From an uncultured Gammaproteobacteria bacterium (GTDB lineage: Bacteria > Patescibacteriota > Patescibacteriia > VMEV01 > CAYQCH01), in the NCBI GenBank assembly GCA_964503955.1, contig CAZDCG010000002.1, forward strand, positions 269,047 to 333,046: DNA of 64,000 nucleotides, given 5' to 3'. The translations under genes were made by a program, and so were the position numbers. Positions 8,030 through 17,632 of this stretch are shown one piece after another. The notes beneath the pieces were generated by a model that saw only the letters and a list, made by a program, of their open reading frames with translations, searched no databases and had not been told where the DNA came from. How positions within the stretch are numbered: the stretch's first letter is position 1; each line of letters opens with the position of its first letter.

Positions 8030-9526
8030 CTACTCCTCCTTGATGGACTGAGGGCGCATCATCGGGAAAAAGACCACATCGCGAATCGAATCCTGATTCG
8101 ACAAAATCATAAAGAGGCGGTCGATCCCCACCCCGAAACCGGCTGTTGGCGGCATGCCATGTTCAAGCGCATTAAGAAAATCTTCATCAATCATCTGCGC
8201 TTCCTTGTCCCCTGCTTCGCGCAGCTTCATTTGCGCTTCAAAGCGTTCCCGCTGATCCAGCGGATCATTCAACTCTGCAAACCCGTTTCCAACTTCTGCG
8301 CCCATAATAAGCACCTGATGGCGCTGGACGATGGAAGGATCAACTTCGCTTCGTTTCGCCAGCGGAGAAATCTCCACCGGATGATTCACAAGAAAGCAAG
8401 GTTGAATCAGCTGAGGGCGGATCATCTTTTTGTACACCTGATCCACAAGGCGGCCGTAGCCGGCAGCTGGGTCGATTTCAATAGGGATGTTCTTTTCTTT
8501 AATAGCCGAGCGTAATGCGGCCACATCTTTGGTTTGCGCCAAATCAATCCCGGCATGCTTGAGGAACAGTGATCGATAATCCAGACGCGGCCAATTGCCG
8601 GAGAAATCAAGCATGGTTCCCTGGGATTCAATGGTCAGCGTTCCAAAGGTTTGCTGGATAATATGCTGATACATCTTCTCCACCAGGTCCATGAGCTGAT
8701 CATTGTTTGCATAAGCCCAATAAAATTCCATCAAGGTGAATTCCTGCAAATGCTGGGTGCTTACGCCTTCATTTCGAAACACTTTGCCGATTTCAAATAC
8801 CCGTTCAAAGCCGCCCACGATAAGGCGCTTCAAGTGCAGCTCAAGTGAAATGCGCAAATACAGATCGATGTCCAATGCATTATGATGCGTGATAAACGGC
8901 TCTGCTTCTGCGCCGCCGGGGACTTGTTCAAGCGTGGGAGTTTCAACTTCGAGAAATCCTTTGCCGGCCAGAAATGCCCTGAGATGCTGAACGAAGGCCG
9001 AACGTGTTTCGAAGAGTTTTCTTACCTCTTCGTTGACAATCAGATCGACATAGCGGTGCCGATAACGGTATTCCTCATCTTTAAGACCGTGGAATTTGTC
9101 GGGTAATGGCTTTAGGGCCTTTGAAAGAAGACGGAATGCGGAAACCTGAAGGGTTTTTTCCTCCGTTTTTGTTGTAAACAATGTACCGGTAGCCTCGAGA
9201 AAATCCGCCACATCGTTCTGTTTGAGCAATGCGTATTGCTCTTCTCCAAGCTCCTTTTTGCTGAAGAAAAGCTGTATCTCACCGCTTGCATCTTCTATTC
9301 GGGCGAATGTTGATCCTCCATGGCGGCGTAAAAGACGAATACGTCCTGCAACGGTAACAGAAGCCTGCTGTTTTGAAAGCTGGTCAAAGGATTCAAGCAC
9401 CTGCTCGATCATATACGATCGATTGCTTGAAGCCGGATATGGATCAATACCAGCAGAACGGAGATCCTCTACTTTTTTGATGCGCATCAGACGTTCATCA
9501 TTGACGGCAGATTGATCATTGGACAT
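8030..9526 (-). CDS. lysS: Lysyl-tRNA synthetase, class II
   Basis: N-terminal OB anticodon-binding domain (VTVAGRIRLLRRHGGSTFARIEDASGEIQLF) and class-II catalytic core (FRNEGVSTQHLQEFTLMEFYWAY; GFGVGIDRLFMIL). Confidence 0.9.
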   Translation of the reverse strand: MSNDQSAVNDERLMRIKKVEDLRSAGIDPYPASSNRSYMIEQVLESFDQLSKQQASVTVAGRIRLLRRHGGSTFARIEDASGEIQLFFSKKELGEEQYALLKQNDVADFLEATGTLFTTKTEEKTLQVSAFRLLSKALKPLPDKFHGLKDEEYRYRHRYVDLIVNEEVRKLFETRSAFVQHLRAFLAGKGFLEVETPTLEQVPGGAEAEPFITHHNALDIDLYLRISLELHLKRLIVGGFERVFEIGKVFRNEGVSTQHLQEFTLMEFYWAYANNDQLMDLVEKMYQHIIQQTFGTLTIESQGTMLDFSGNWPRLDYRSLFLKHAGIDLAQTKDVAALRSAIKEKNIPIEIDPAAGYGRLVDQVYKKMIRPQLIQPCFLVNHPVEISPLAKRSEVDPSIVQRHQVLIMGAEVGNGFAELNDPLDQRERFEAQMKLREAGDKEAQMIDEDFLNALEHGMPPTAGFGVGIDRLFMILSNQDSIRDVVFFPMMRPQSIKEE

Positions 9527-9536
9527 AGATCTGATT

Positions 9537-9559
9537 GAGAAAACCGCCCTGTCGGGCGG
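9537..9559 (-). terminator. GC-rich hairpin (ccgccc-tgtc-gggcgg) + UUUUCUC downstream of greA stop and 10 nt upstream of lysS ATG
   Basis: Seen on minus strand. Proximity to the lysS start implies partial termination or attenuation rather than a hard stop. Confidence 0.4.
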
Positions 9560-9588
9560 CCGAACGGGATCACGGATAAACCATTCGG

Positions 9589-10056
9589 TCAGCTAACGGA
9601 AAGAATCTGAAACGTCTGCGTTCCCGCAGGAGTTTCCACCTCTACCTTATCACCTTTTTTATGATTTAGAAAAGCCTTGCCTAGAGGCGATTCATGCGAA
9701 ATCAGACCGGCAATCGGATCCGCCTCTTCGGATCCAACTATGGTAAAGGTCTTTTGAGATCCATTGAATTTAACCTTCACGGTTGCTCCAATGCTTATAA
9801 TCCCTGAATCATCGCTTTTCTTTATAATTTCGCTGTTTTTAAGAATATTCTTGATTTCAGCAATCCGGCCGACAACAAAAGCCTGCTCTTCCTTTGCATC
9901 GCTGTATTCCGCGTTCTCAGAAAGATCGCCCATCTTAATGGCTTCTTCAATGCGAACGGTCACGGCTTTTTGCTGCTCCATCAGTGTTTCAAGTTCTTTT
10001 GCCAGCTTTTCTCTGCCTGCTTCCGTTAGGTAATGGGTATCCGTCATAAAATCCAT
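9589..10056 (-). CDS. greA: Transcription elongation factor GreA
   Basis: LTEAGREKLAKELETL...MGDLSENAEYSDAKEEQAFVVGRIAEIKNIL. Coiled-coil plus FKBP-like C-terminal domain. Confidence 0.85.
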   Translation of the reverse strand: MDFMTDTHYLTEAGREKLAKELETLMEQQKAVTVRIEEAIKMGDLSENAEYSDAKEEQAFVVGRIAEIKNILKNSEIIKKSDDSGIISIGATVKVKFNGSQKTFTIVGSEEADPIAGLISHESPLGKAFLNHKKGDKVEVETPAGTQTFQILSVS

Positions 10057-10178
10057 TTTTAGTCAATGGTGTTCAAATATAAGCAATAAGATACGTGAGT
10101 GGGCTTCTACTGTCAATTGTTCCTTATCCACAGAATCATCAAATTTTGTCAACCCTCTCTAACAAATTTGTCTGAAAC

Positions 10179-12215
10179 TCAACGAATCTCGTTGCTTCTA
10201 TTTGCGATCCACCACGCCAAAATGTCACGCGTAATTGATACGGTGATGGCGGAGCCGTCTTCTCCTTCCTCCACAAGAACGACAAAAGCAATCTGGGGGT
10301 TCTCGTTTGGAGCGTATCCGGCAAACCAGGCATGCGGATCCTTTTGCGAATGCCATTGCGCCGTACCTGTTTTTCCAGAAACTTCGATGGGCAAAGAATC
10401 GAGCGCTCGTCCGGTCCCTCGATTCACAACGCGCGCGAGAGCTGCTTGCATCACGTCAAATGCTTTTTGGCTGAACATGGCTTCGCTTAAAATAACCGGT
10501 GTTTCTTCGCCAATCATGGTTCCAGATGCGTCGGTATATCCGCGGACAAGATGCGGTTTATATAATGTCCCCCCATTCGCCAAAGCTGAATAGACGGCTG
10601 CCATCTGCAACGGAGTAACAAGCAGGTCTCCTTGTCCGATGGCGAGATGGTACGTATCCCCGATATACCATCGCTCGCCTTTCGCTTCTTCTTTCCATTC
10701 TCTGGATGGGAGAAATCCCGGTTTTTCTCCGGGCAAATCAATGCCCAGAGGCTGGGAGAGGCCGAAGCGTCTTGCATATTCCGTGATTCGATCAACTCCC
10801 AACCCTTCAAATTCCCCATATCCTCCTCCGATCATGTAGAAATAGGTATTCACGGAATCAGCAATCGCATGGTAGATATTTGTCTGTCCATGTCCGCCGG
10901 CTCTCCAGTCTGGAAAAAACCAAAGATTAATGCGCAATCCTCCCGTAGAAAGAAAGCTCGTATGTTCTGAAACAATCCCCTCCTGCAGGGCCGCGCCGGC
11001 AACAATCGGCTTAAAAGTAGAGCCGGAAGGGTACTCGCCGGAAATGGCGCGATGAATGAGCGGACGATCCGGATCTTCAATCAAAGCAGCATAATCCTGT
11101 GCGCTGATGCCGCCTGAAAAGAGATTATTATCATAGGTGGGCAAACTCACCATCGATAGAATCTCTCCATTATTGGGATTTAAGATTACGGCTGCCGCTC
11201 GCGTTTTACCGGCTTTATCAAGATGCTCCTGAATAATGGATTCGGCGGCCCGCTGGAATTCAACATCCAAAGTGGTAATAATCCCCGTTCCGTCTACCGG
11301 TGATTTCTGGCTGAGAATCTGCCTTTGCTGGCCTTTGGCATTCACTTCCTGCGACTGATAGCCAAATTCTCCCCGGAGTGTGTTTTCGTACATGAATTCC
11401 AGGCCGGTTCTTCCGACAACATCATTGAACAGATAGCCGTCATCTTTTAATTCAGCGTATTCCCCTTCACGCAAAGGAGATAAATATCCAAGGATATGAG
11501 ATAGGCTTTTTACTGGCGGATAAACGGTTGTATCATTGGGATCTTTAAATAATGGCCCTTCGGTCAGATACTCTCTTTTTGCCTGCTGGTCGACATTGAT
11601 TGCAGGTTTATCGCTGCTCCAAATTTGCAGCAAAATGGCCATATCGCGCTTTAAGCTGGATGCGACGATCAACTCTTTATCGCTTTTAAGCGAATCCTGA
11701 TACACCGTCTCTATTTGCGCCAGAAATTCCTCTAGCGAATCAGTGCGATATTCCCGTAAATAGCCTGCAAATAACTCGGAAAGCAATGCGCGGCGCTCCT
11801 CATGGTCAGCAGGGAGATATTTGGGAAGAATGGTCACAATCGTTTCAGGAACATTGCGCACGAGCGGCAACGAATAACGGTCATAGATTAATCCGCGGTC
11901 TGAGCGTACGTGAATGGTTCGGAGACGGTTGCGGTCGGCATCATCAGCGTATTCGGCTCCTCGCACAATCTGCAGCTGCGCCGCGCGTGAAAGAATCGCC
12001 GTGCAAAAGATAAGAATGACACCAAATGCCGCGGCGAAGCGCTTAAACGTAAGCACATTTCCAAGATAGCCGTCGGTTTCACCATAGAAACGGACATGGT
12101 CGTCTTCAACATCAGGACGGATAAATCCATCTTCGATCCATTCAGTGCGCTTCCGGCCGCGAAGCCGTAATGTCCGCTTGGGCAGTTCTTGAACGCGGAA
12201 GAGATCATCGGCCAT
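10179..12215 (-). CDS. mrdA: Penicillin-binding protein 2 (elongasome transpeptidase)
   Basis: SxxK active site (STFKPIV), SGN and KTG(T) motifs (SGKTGTAQ), N-terminal TM. Start trimmed to MADDLFRVQ because the longer ORF overlaps mreD by 146 bp. Genomic context mreBCD-pbp2. Confidence 0.8.
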   Translation of the reverse strand: MADDLFRVQELPKRTLRLRGRKRTEWIEDGFIRPDVEDDHVRFYGETDGYLGNVLTFKRFAAAFGVILIFCTAILSRAAQLQIVRGAEYADDADRNRLRTIHVRSDRGLIYDRYSLPLVRNVPETIVTILPKYLPADHEERRALLSELFAGYLREYRTDSLEEFLAQIETVYQDSLKSDKELIVASSLKRDMAILLQIWSSDKPAINVDQQAKREYLTEGPLFKDPNDTTVYPPVKSLSHILGYLSPLREGEYAELKDDGYLFNDVVGRTGLEFMYENTLRGEFGYQSQEVNAKGQQRQILSQKSPVDGTGIITTLDVEFQRAAESIIQEHLDKAGKTRAAAVILNPNNGEILSMVSLPTYDNNLFSGGISAQDYAALIEDPDRPLIHRAISGEYPSGSTFKPIVAGAALQEGIVSEHTSFLSTGGLRINLWFFPDWRAGGHGQTNIYHAIADSVNTYFYMIGGGYGEFEGLGVDRITEYARRFGLSQPLGIDLPGEKPGFLPSREWKEEAKGERWYIGDTYHLAIGQGDLLVTPLQMAAVYSALANGGTLYKPHLVRGYTDASGTMIGEETPVILSEAMFSQKAFDVMQAALARVVNRGTGRALDSLPIEVSGKTGTAQWHSQKDPHAWFAGYAPNENPQIAFVVLVEEGEDGSAITVSITRDILAWWIANRSNEIR

Positions 12216-12753
12216 ATGGATGCGTGACGATAAAGTATGATCGGAACCGCTTGCTGGTGAAAGAAACGGCAAGATATCCCAGAGAATAGAGCGCGGCAAG
12301 GCCGAACAGATTATAAAGAAGATATATCCACCACTCCGCCGTATGCACAAACGAAAATGACGCGCTGGGGGTAAAACGCAAAAGCAGGCTTAACAGCGCG
12401 AAGACCAGGTAGTACATCAGCCAGCCGGTTACTCCAAGCGTGACCACGGTATAGATGGATCTATTGGTGAATACGCGTTCAAATAACGCATCAACAATGA
12501 AAAGAACCGCTAATCCTGTCATGAGCGGGAGAAAAAACATGGATGATGAAGTAAGAGCAATGAGCATGGTCGAGGTCAAATAAAAGAGCATGGCAAGGCT
12601 GCGGCTGACGATTACCAATAAAAAAAGCGAAACAGCGAGTGTCAGATTCGCCTGAGAAAGCGGCCCGCCAAGCGCTGGCAGCAAAGCAACATCAAATGCT
12701 GCCGTTATGAGAACAGCTGCCGCTGCCATGAATGCCAGGAGCAAGTACTTCAT
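12205..12753 (-). CDS. mreD: Rod shape-determining protein MreD (polytopic membrane)
   Basis: 182-aa protein with 5-6 hydrophobic helices, positioned between mreC and PBP2. Confidence 0.5.
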   Translation of the reverse strand: MKYLLLAFMAAAAVLITAAFDVALLPALGGPLSQANLTLAVSLFLLVIVSRSLAMLFYLTSTMLIALTSSSMFFLPLMTGLAVLFIVDALFERVFTNRSIYTVVTLGVTGWLMYYLVFALLSLLLRFTPSASFSFVHTAEWWIYLLYNLFGLAALYSLGYLAVSFTSKRFRSYFIVTHPYGR

Positions 12754-12754
12754 A

Positions 12755-13570
12755 TTACGTTTGATTCAGAATAACGGCGACATGCAGAAGCTGTTGATAG
12801 TCGGTGATTGGACGTAATACAGCTGACTGGAACAAATCATTCGGTTCAGAAAGAATTTCCTCCACTTCTCCAATCAACAGTCCTCTGGGAATGGCCGGCT
12901 CAAGACCCGAAGTGATGACAAGCTGCCCGCTCGCAAGGATTTCTCCTTGCGGGATTTGATCAAGAATAAGGCTGAGTCCCCGCTCGCCTCTTGCTATCTT
13001 GCTCGATGGCGCCCCTCCGCTGATGGTGACAGCGACGCGGCTTTCACTGTCAGTCAGAAGACGGGCTGTTGAAGTTCTGGATAGAACTTCGTCGATTTTC
13101 GCGATCATAATACCTTCTTCAACAACAACGGCTTGATTTTCCACGATTCCGTCGCGCCGGCCGGCGTTTAAAATGAGGATAGATGGATTTTCCGGATCTC
13201 TGCCAACCACGCGGGCAATGGTTCTTGGCAATTTATTAGTTTCCGTTTCAAAGTAATCCAGAAGCTGACGAAGAGTGGCATTTTCCTGCTGAGCTGATTG
13301 CAGATTCGCGATTTGCTGCTTCAGCTCGAGATTTTCCGTTCGCAGGCGTTCATTCTCCGTCTCAAGCATTTCCCTGTCGCCAGGACCGGAGAAAACAGCG
13401 GATATCCGATTTCCAGCAGAGTAAAAAGCGCCGTACACTGGCGCTGTCACACCTGAAGCAAAAGAGGATAAACCGGCATCGAGCTGAAAGAGTTTAAGAA
13501 AAGCATAAACCAGCAGTATCGCTCCGGCTAAAATGATAATCCCTGTTGTTTTGGGGAGCCGTGGAGTCAT
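12755..13570 (-). CDS. mreC: Rod shape-determining protein MreC
   Basis: N-terminal TM, coiled coil (LETENERLRTENLELKQQIANLQSAQQENATLRQ), C-terminal beta domains, adjacent to mreB. Confidence 0.75.
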   Translation of the reverse strand: MTPRLPKTTGIIILAGAILLVYAFLKLFQLDAGLSSFASGVTAPVYGAFYSAGNRISAVFSGPGDREMLETENERLRTENLELKQQIANLQSAQQENATLRQLLDYFETETNKLPRTIARVVGRDPENPSILILNAGRRDGIVENQAVVVEEGIMIAKIDEVLSRTSTARLLTDSESRVAVTISGGAPSSKIARGERGLSLILDQIPQGEILASGQLVITSGLEPAIPRGLLIGEVEEILSEPNDLFQSAVLRPITDYQQLLHVAVILNQT

Positions 13571-13585
13571 AGCTTGCCGGCATTA

Positions 13586-14641
13586 TTAGCGGATAATGGA
13601 TTCCTGCTGCGTTGAAGCAAGGATAAGCTCAGACATGCCTTCCAAATCTTCAAGGATAATCCCGGTACCGCGCACGACGCAGGTTGCGGGATCATCAGCT
13701 ACTTGAACAGGAATGCTCATGGCTTCTGCCAGGGCCTGGTCAATCCCTTTAAGCTGAGCTCCAGCGCCAAATAGCGTAATTCCACGCTGGTAGATATCCG
13801 CCACAAGCTCAGGAGGCGTGCTTTCAAGCGTTGCTTTGACATTTTCCATCAGAAAGCGGAGCGTTCTGCTCGTGGCATGACGCACTTGTCCGTCGGTAAT
13901 CGATACTTCCTTTGGAAGGCCGGAAATCAGATTTCTTCCTCGTACTTTCATGTCCAGCGACTCCGGCAACGGCATGGCGGATCCGATTTTGATTTTTGCC
14001 TGTTCCGCCATGCTTGATCCAAGAAGCATATTGAATTCATGGCGGGCGAACTGGATAATGTCATGATCAAACTGAGAGCTTGCCAGATGCAGGCTTTTCC
14101 AGGTCACAACGCCGCTGAGCGAAATGACGGCGATTTCAACTCTCCCCCCGCCGATATCAATGACCATGGTTCCATGCGGTTCCTGAATCGGCAGACGCGC
14201 GCCAATCGCGCCGGCAATGATTTGCTCGGTCAGCAAAACTTCGCGCGCTCCGGCTCCAAGCACGGCATCTTCAACAGCTTTTTTCTCTACTTCCGTCAGG
14301 TCCAGAGGAATTGCCACAAGAATCCGGGGACGCGGCAGAAAATTGAATTGTTCTGAGTGGATTTTGTCAATGAAATACCGGATCATCTTTTCACAAACTT
14401 CAAAATCCGAGATGATTCCCTCCTGCAGCGGTGAAACGACCTCTATATGGGAAGGTGTTTTCCCCATCATTTTCTCGGCTTCCTTTCCCACCGCGAGAAT
14501 CTGATCAGTTTTCGTATTCAATGCGACAACGGACGGCTCATTGATCAAAATACCCCGGTCTTTCACGTAAATCAGGGTATTCTTTGTTCCTAAATCGATG
14601 CCGATATCACGCGAGAATCGGCCTAAAAGCCGGTTGATCAT
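13586..14641 (-). CDS. mreB: Actin-like rod-shape protein MreB (copy 1)
   Basis: IGIDLGTKNTLIYVKDRGILINEPSVVA...MVIDIGGGRVEIAVISLSG is the canonical MreB signature. Confidence 0.9.
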   Translation of the reverse strand: MINRLLGRFSRDIGIDLGTKNTLIYVKDRGILINEPSVVALNTKTDQILAVGKEAEKMMGKTPSHIEVVSPLQEGIISDFEVCEKMIRYFIDKIHSEQFNFLPRPRILVAIPLDLTEVEKKAVEDAVLGAGAREVLLTEQIIAGAIGARLPIQEPHGTMVIDIGGGRVEIAVISLSGVVTWKSLHLASSQFDHDIIQFARHEFNMLLGSSMAEQAKIKIGSAMPLPESLDMKVRGRNLISGLPKEVSITDGQVRHATSRTLRFLMENVKATLESTPPELVADIYQRGITLFGAGAQLKGIDQALAEAMSIPVQVADDPATCVVRGTGIILEDLEGMSELILASTQQESIIR

Positions 14642-15912
14642 AAACCACGGTTATCGTTCTTAAGAAGTGACTGCATGCGTGCGGCAACTTCGTTTAGAGA
14701 AATAGTATCAGCCTGCTCGGAATTGCGTTCTTTGTATTCAACTTTTCCAGCGGTTTTCTTGCTGATAATCAGGCGTACCGGCATGCCAAGCAAGTCCGCG
14801 TCCGACAATTTCGCGCCATTGGACGAGGATCGATTATCATAGAGCACCTCAATGCCAGCGCTTTGCAGCGTTTCATATGCCTGATCCGCCTGTTCAAGCA
14901 AGTCTTTATCGTCTCCTAATACCACCAGATGAGCATGGAATGGCGCCACGGTAATCGGCCAATTCAATCCTTTTTCATCAGCTGTTGCCTCAACCAGTGC
15001 ACCCATGGTTCTTGTAACACCGATTCCATAGCATCCCATCACCGGGTATTTGCGTTCTCCGTCTTCATCGGTATAAGTCAGTTCAAAATCCTTCGCAAAT
15101 TTTGTCCCAAGGTCAAAAATATTGCCGGCTTCAATCGCCTTGACCGCTTCAACCGTTTTGCCGCAATTCGGACAAGGCTCCCCTGGTTTCACCGTGGCAA
15201 TTTCATCATTCTGCGCGAACCCGCAGGCTCGGCAAAGGTGGATGGTGTCTTCACCTGCTTCGGTAATAATCTGGAATTCGTGAGAGTGCTTGTCGGTAAA
15301 ACTTCCTCCGCCTGATTCCGTTACCAGCACTTCGGAAAACCCGCAGCGCTTATACACGTTCAAATAGGCTTGAATTGCTTTTTTATAGTATTGGGCGCGG
15401 TCTTCTTCTGTTCGATGAAAGCTGTACAGATCTTTCATGATAAACTCTCGTCCTCGCAAAAGTCCGGATTTCGCGCGGGCTTCATCTCTGAACTTCGTTT
15501 GGATTTGATAAATACCAACCGGTAAATCACGATAAGACTGAATAAAACGCTTTGCCAAAGGAACAACGATCTCTTCATGCGTTGGTCCGATTGCGTATTC
15601 CCATGTTCCCCATCGGCTTTTCGTCTTAAACAAAGCATCGTACACTTCGTCAGCCCAGCGGCCCGTTGTTTCCCAGTTGGCCTTTGGATGCAAAGAAGGC
15701 ATCAGAACTTCCTGAGCGCCGATCGCGTTCATTTCCTCCCGGACAATGCTCGTAATTTTGCTGAGGACGCGGAGTCCAAGCGGAAGATAGGAGTACACGC
15801 CGGCTGTCAGTTTATCGATATATCCGGCGCGCAAAAGCAGCTGAGCGTTTTTGCTTACTTCTTCGGCTGAGACATCCTTGGTCGTTTTTGTGAAGAGCTG
15901 AGAGAGTTTCAT
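14638..15912 (-). CDS. proS: Prolyl-tRNA synthetase (short form without editing insertion)
   Basis: Class-II motifs (FRDEARAKSGLLRGREFIMKDLYSF; CYGIGVTRTMGALVE), 424 aa, a CxxC...CPNCG zinc-like segment. Confidence 0.8.
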   Translation of the reverse strand: MKLSQLFTKTTKDVSAEEVSKNAQLLLRAGYIDKLTAGVYSYLPLGLRVLSKITSIVREEMNAIGAQEVLMPSLHPKANWETTGRWADEVYDALFKTKSRWGTWEYAIGPTHEEIVVPLAKRFIQSYRDLPVGIYQIQTKFRDEARAKSGLLRGREFIMKDLYSFHRTEEDRAQYYKKAIQAYLNVYKRCGFSEVLVTESGGGSFTDKHSHEFQIITEAGEDTIHLCRACGFAQNDEIATVKPGEPCPNCGKTVEAVKAIEAGNIFDLGTKFAKDFELTYTDEDGERKYPVMGCYGIGVTRTMGALVEATADEKGLNWPITVAPFHAHLVVLGDDKDLLEQADQAYETLQSAGIEVLYDNRSSSNGAKLSDADLLGMPVRLIISKKTAGKVEYKERNSEQADTISLNEVAARMQSLLKNDNRGL

Positions 15913-15921
15913 ACAAAATGG

Positions 15922-17037
15922 CTAGTTGAAGACAGAACCGATCGCGTTAAGAATGGAACCTCCGTATGTGGCTAGATCTTTAACCGTGATAAAGACAATC
16001 AAGGCCATCAAAAGCGTGAATCCAAGTATATGGATCCAGTTTTCAAGCCCTACGCGCATTTTTCTGCCGCGCACTTTCTCAAAAATAATCAGTGCAAGGC
16101 GGCCACCGTCAAGCGCGGGAATAGGCAAAATGTTGATAACAGCCAGATTAAGCGACAACAAAGCCGTAAACTGAAGCAGCTGCACGATCCCCTGTTTTGC
16201 GACTTCGCCTGTCATGACAGCAATGCCGACCGGTCCTGCCACGTCCGCCTGAACACCCTGTCCGGTCACGAGTTTGCCAATCAATTGTCCGAAACCAGCA
16301 ACAATCAACCAAAGGAGCTCGGCGACTTTTGCCAGGCCCACAAATGGCGCCAAATACCAAGGATAAGAGACCGTACCGGTTTCAAGCAAAGCAACGCCGA
16401 TGCCGGGCTTTCCTGTTTCCTGGAGTTCTACCGGGGTAATCTCAAAGGCAAGCTCTTGACCATCACGCTCAATCAGAATCTGGCTGACAGATCCGCTTTC
16501 AGCTGATGCAAAGATTGAAGTCATCTCATCGGTTGTCCCCACGGCAGTTCCATTCACGGAACGGATGATATCTCCGGCCTGAATTCCAGCGTTCTTTGCC
16601 GGACTGCCTTCAACGGGTTCAACAACCTGGAGGGTTCGGTCTTCAATCCGCGCGAATCGGGAAATCTCGCTGTCCTGCGGCAAGGCGGTGCGGGCTCCCA
16701 TAGCAAGGACAAGACTGATAAGCACATACCCCAGAAAAACATTCATCAAGACTCCGGCACTGACAATGAGGATTTTTTGGCCGAATGTTCGATGTGAAAA
16801 ACTGCGCGGATGTTCCGGTTCATTCCCGTTTTCGCCTTTGATTTTCACGTAGCCGCCAAGCGGCAGCAGATTAATCGCGTATCGTGTTTCACCCTTGGTT
16901 CTGGAAAAGAGTCTTGGGGGGAAACCGATGCCGAATTCTTCGACATAGCAGCCGGATCTTTTTGCGGCAATAAAGTGACCCAGCTCATGCACAAGCACGA
17001 GCAGGCCAAGGACAAGAATGAAAATGAGAAGAGTCAT
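15922..17037 (-). CDS. rseP: RIP metalloprotease RseP (site-2 protease) with PDZ domain
   Basis: HELGHFIAAKR (HExxH in TM1), a PDZ segment (GSPAKNAGIQAGDIIRSVNG), a C-terminal LDGG motif. Confidence 0.85.
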   Translation of the reverse strand: MTLLIFILVLGLLVLVHELGHFIAAKRSGCYVEEFGIGFPPRLFSRTKGETRYAINLLPLGGYVKIKGENGNEPEHPRSFSHRTFGQKILIVSAGVLMNVFLGYVLISLVLAMGARTALPQDSEISRFARIEDRTLQVVEPVEGSPAKNAGIQAGDIIRSVNGTAVGTTDEMTSIFASAESGSVSQILIERDGQELAFEITPVELQETGKPGIGVALLETGTVSYPWYLAPFVGLAKVAELLWLIVAGFGQLIGKLVTGQGVQADVAGPVGIAVMTGEVAKQGIVQLLQFTALLSLNLAVINILPIPALDGGRLALIIFEKVRGRKMRVGLENWIHILGFTLLMALIVFITVKDLATYGGSILNAIGSVFN

Positions 17038-17046
17038 GTCAATGCG

Positions 17047-17619
17047 TTAAATGGTCATGATGCGCTCGGCTTTTTTCTCGGCGAGCTCATTGATTTCATC
17101 AACTTTCTGACCGGTAAAATCCTCCAGCTGTTTAAGGTAACGGAACTTGTCGTCTTCGGTGATCTCTTTTTCCTTTTCCGAATGAAGAATAGATTCTTTG
17201 ACCTTGTCTCGAACCTGGCGGATCGTGACGCGGGCCTTTTCTGCTTTTTGATTGAGAATCTTAACAAGATCTTTGCGGTTTTCTTCTGTCATTGGAGGCA
17301 TTGGGATGCGTACTACTTCCCCGTCATTTACGGGGGTATAGCCAAGGTTCGCTGAAGTAATCGCTTTCTCAATGGGTTTAAGAAGACTTTTATCCCAAGG
17401 AGCGATCATGATGGTTTTGGTATCCGGAGTCGTAATAGTCGCAAGCTGTTTGATCGGCATCATGGTTTCGTAGCTTTCAACAAGAACGCTGTCGATCAGC
17501 TCAGGATTGGCCTGGCCGGTTCTCATTTGCGAAAGTTCCTGCTTAAAATGTTCGATTGATGCGGAAAAAAGCGGTTTTTGAGCGTCGATGAATGGATTCA
17601 TAAGCCAAGATTGGATCAT
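17047..17619 (-). CDS. frr: Ribosome recycling factor
   Basis: Typical RRF sequence (SVLVESYETMMPIKQLATITTPDTKTIMIAPWDKSLLKPIEKAI...GEVVRIPMPPMTEENRKDLVKI). The true start may be the Met at about 17601. Confidence 0.9.
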   Translation of the reverse strand: MIQSWLMNPFIDAQKPLFSASIEHFKQELSQMRTGQANPELIDSVLVESYETMMPIKQLATITTPDTKTIMIAPWDKSLLKPIEKAITSANLGYTPVNDGEVVRIPMPPMTEENRKDLVKILNQKAEKARVTIRQVRDKVKESILHSEKEKEITEDDKFRYLKQLEDFTGQKVDEINELAEKKAERIMTI

Positions 17620-17632
17620 TAGTGTTGCCTTA

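Noticed and set aside
10099-10593. Plus-strand ORFs of 60-250 aa scattered throughout (e.g. 10099-10593, 16030-16506, 16810-17355, 24536-25276, 7997-8515)
   Set aside because: All lie antisense within well-supported minus-strand genes with strong homology signatures. They show no RBS and no recognisable motifs, so they are shadow ORFs.
12216-12350. 45-codon N-terminal extension of PBP2 overlapping mreD by 146 bp
   Set aside because: The internal Met (MADDLFRVQ) gives the usual short cytoplasmic tail + TM and removes the overlap. The longer form is unlikely.
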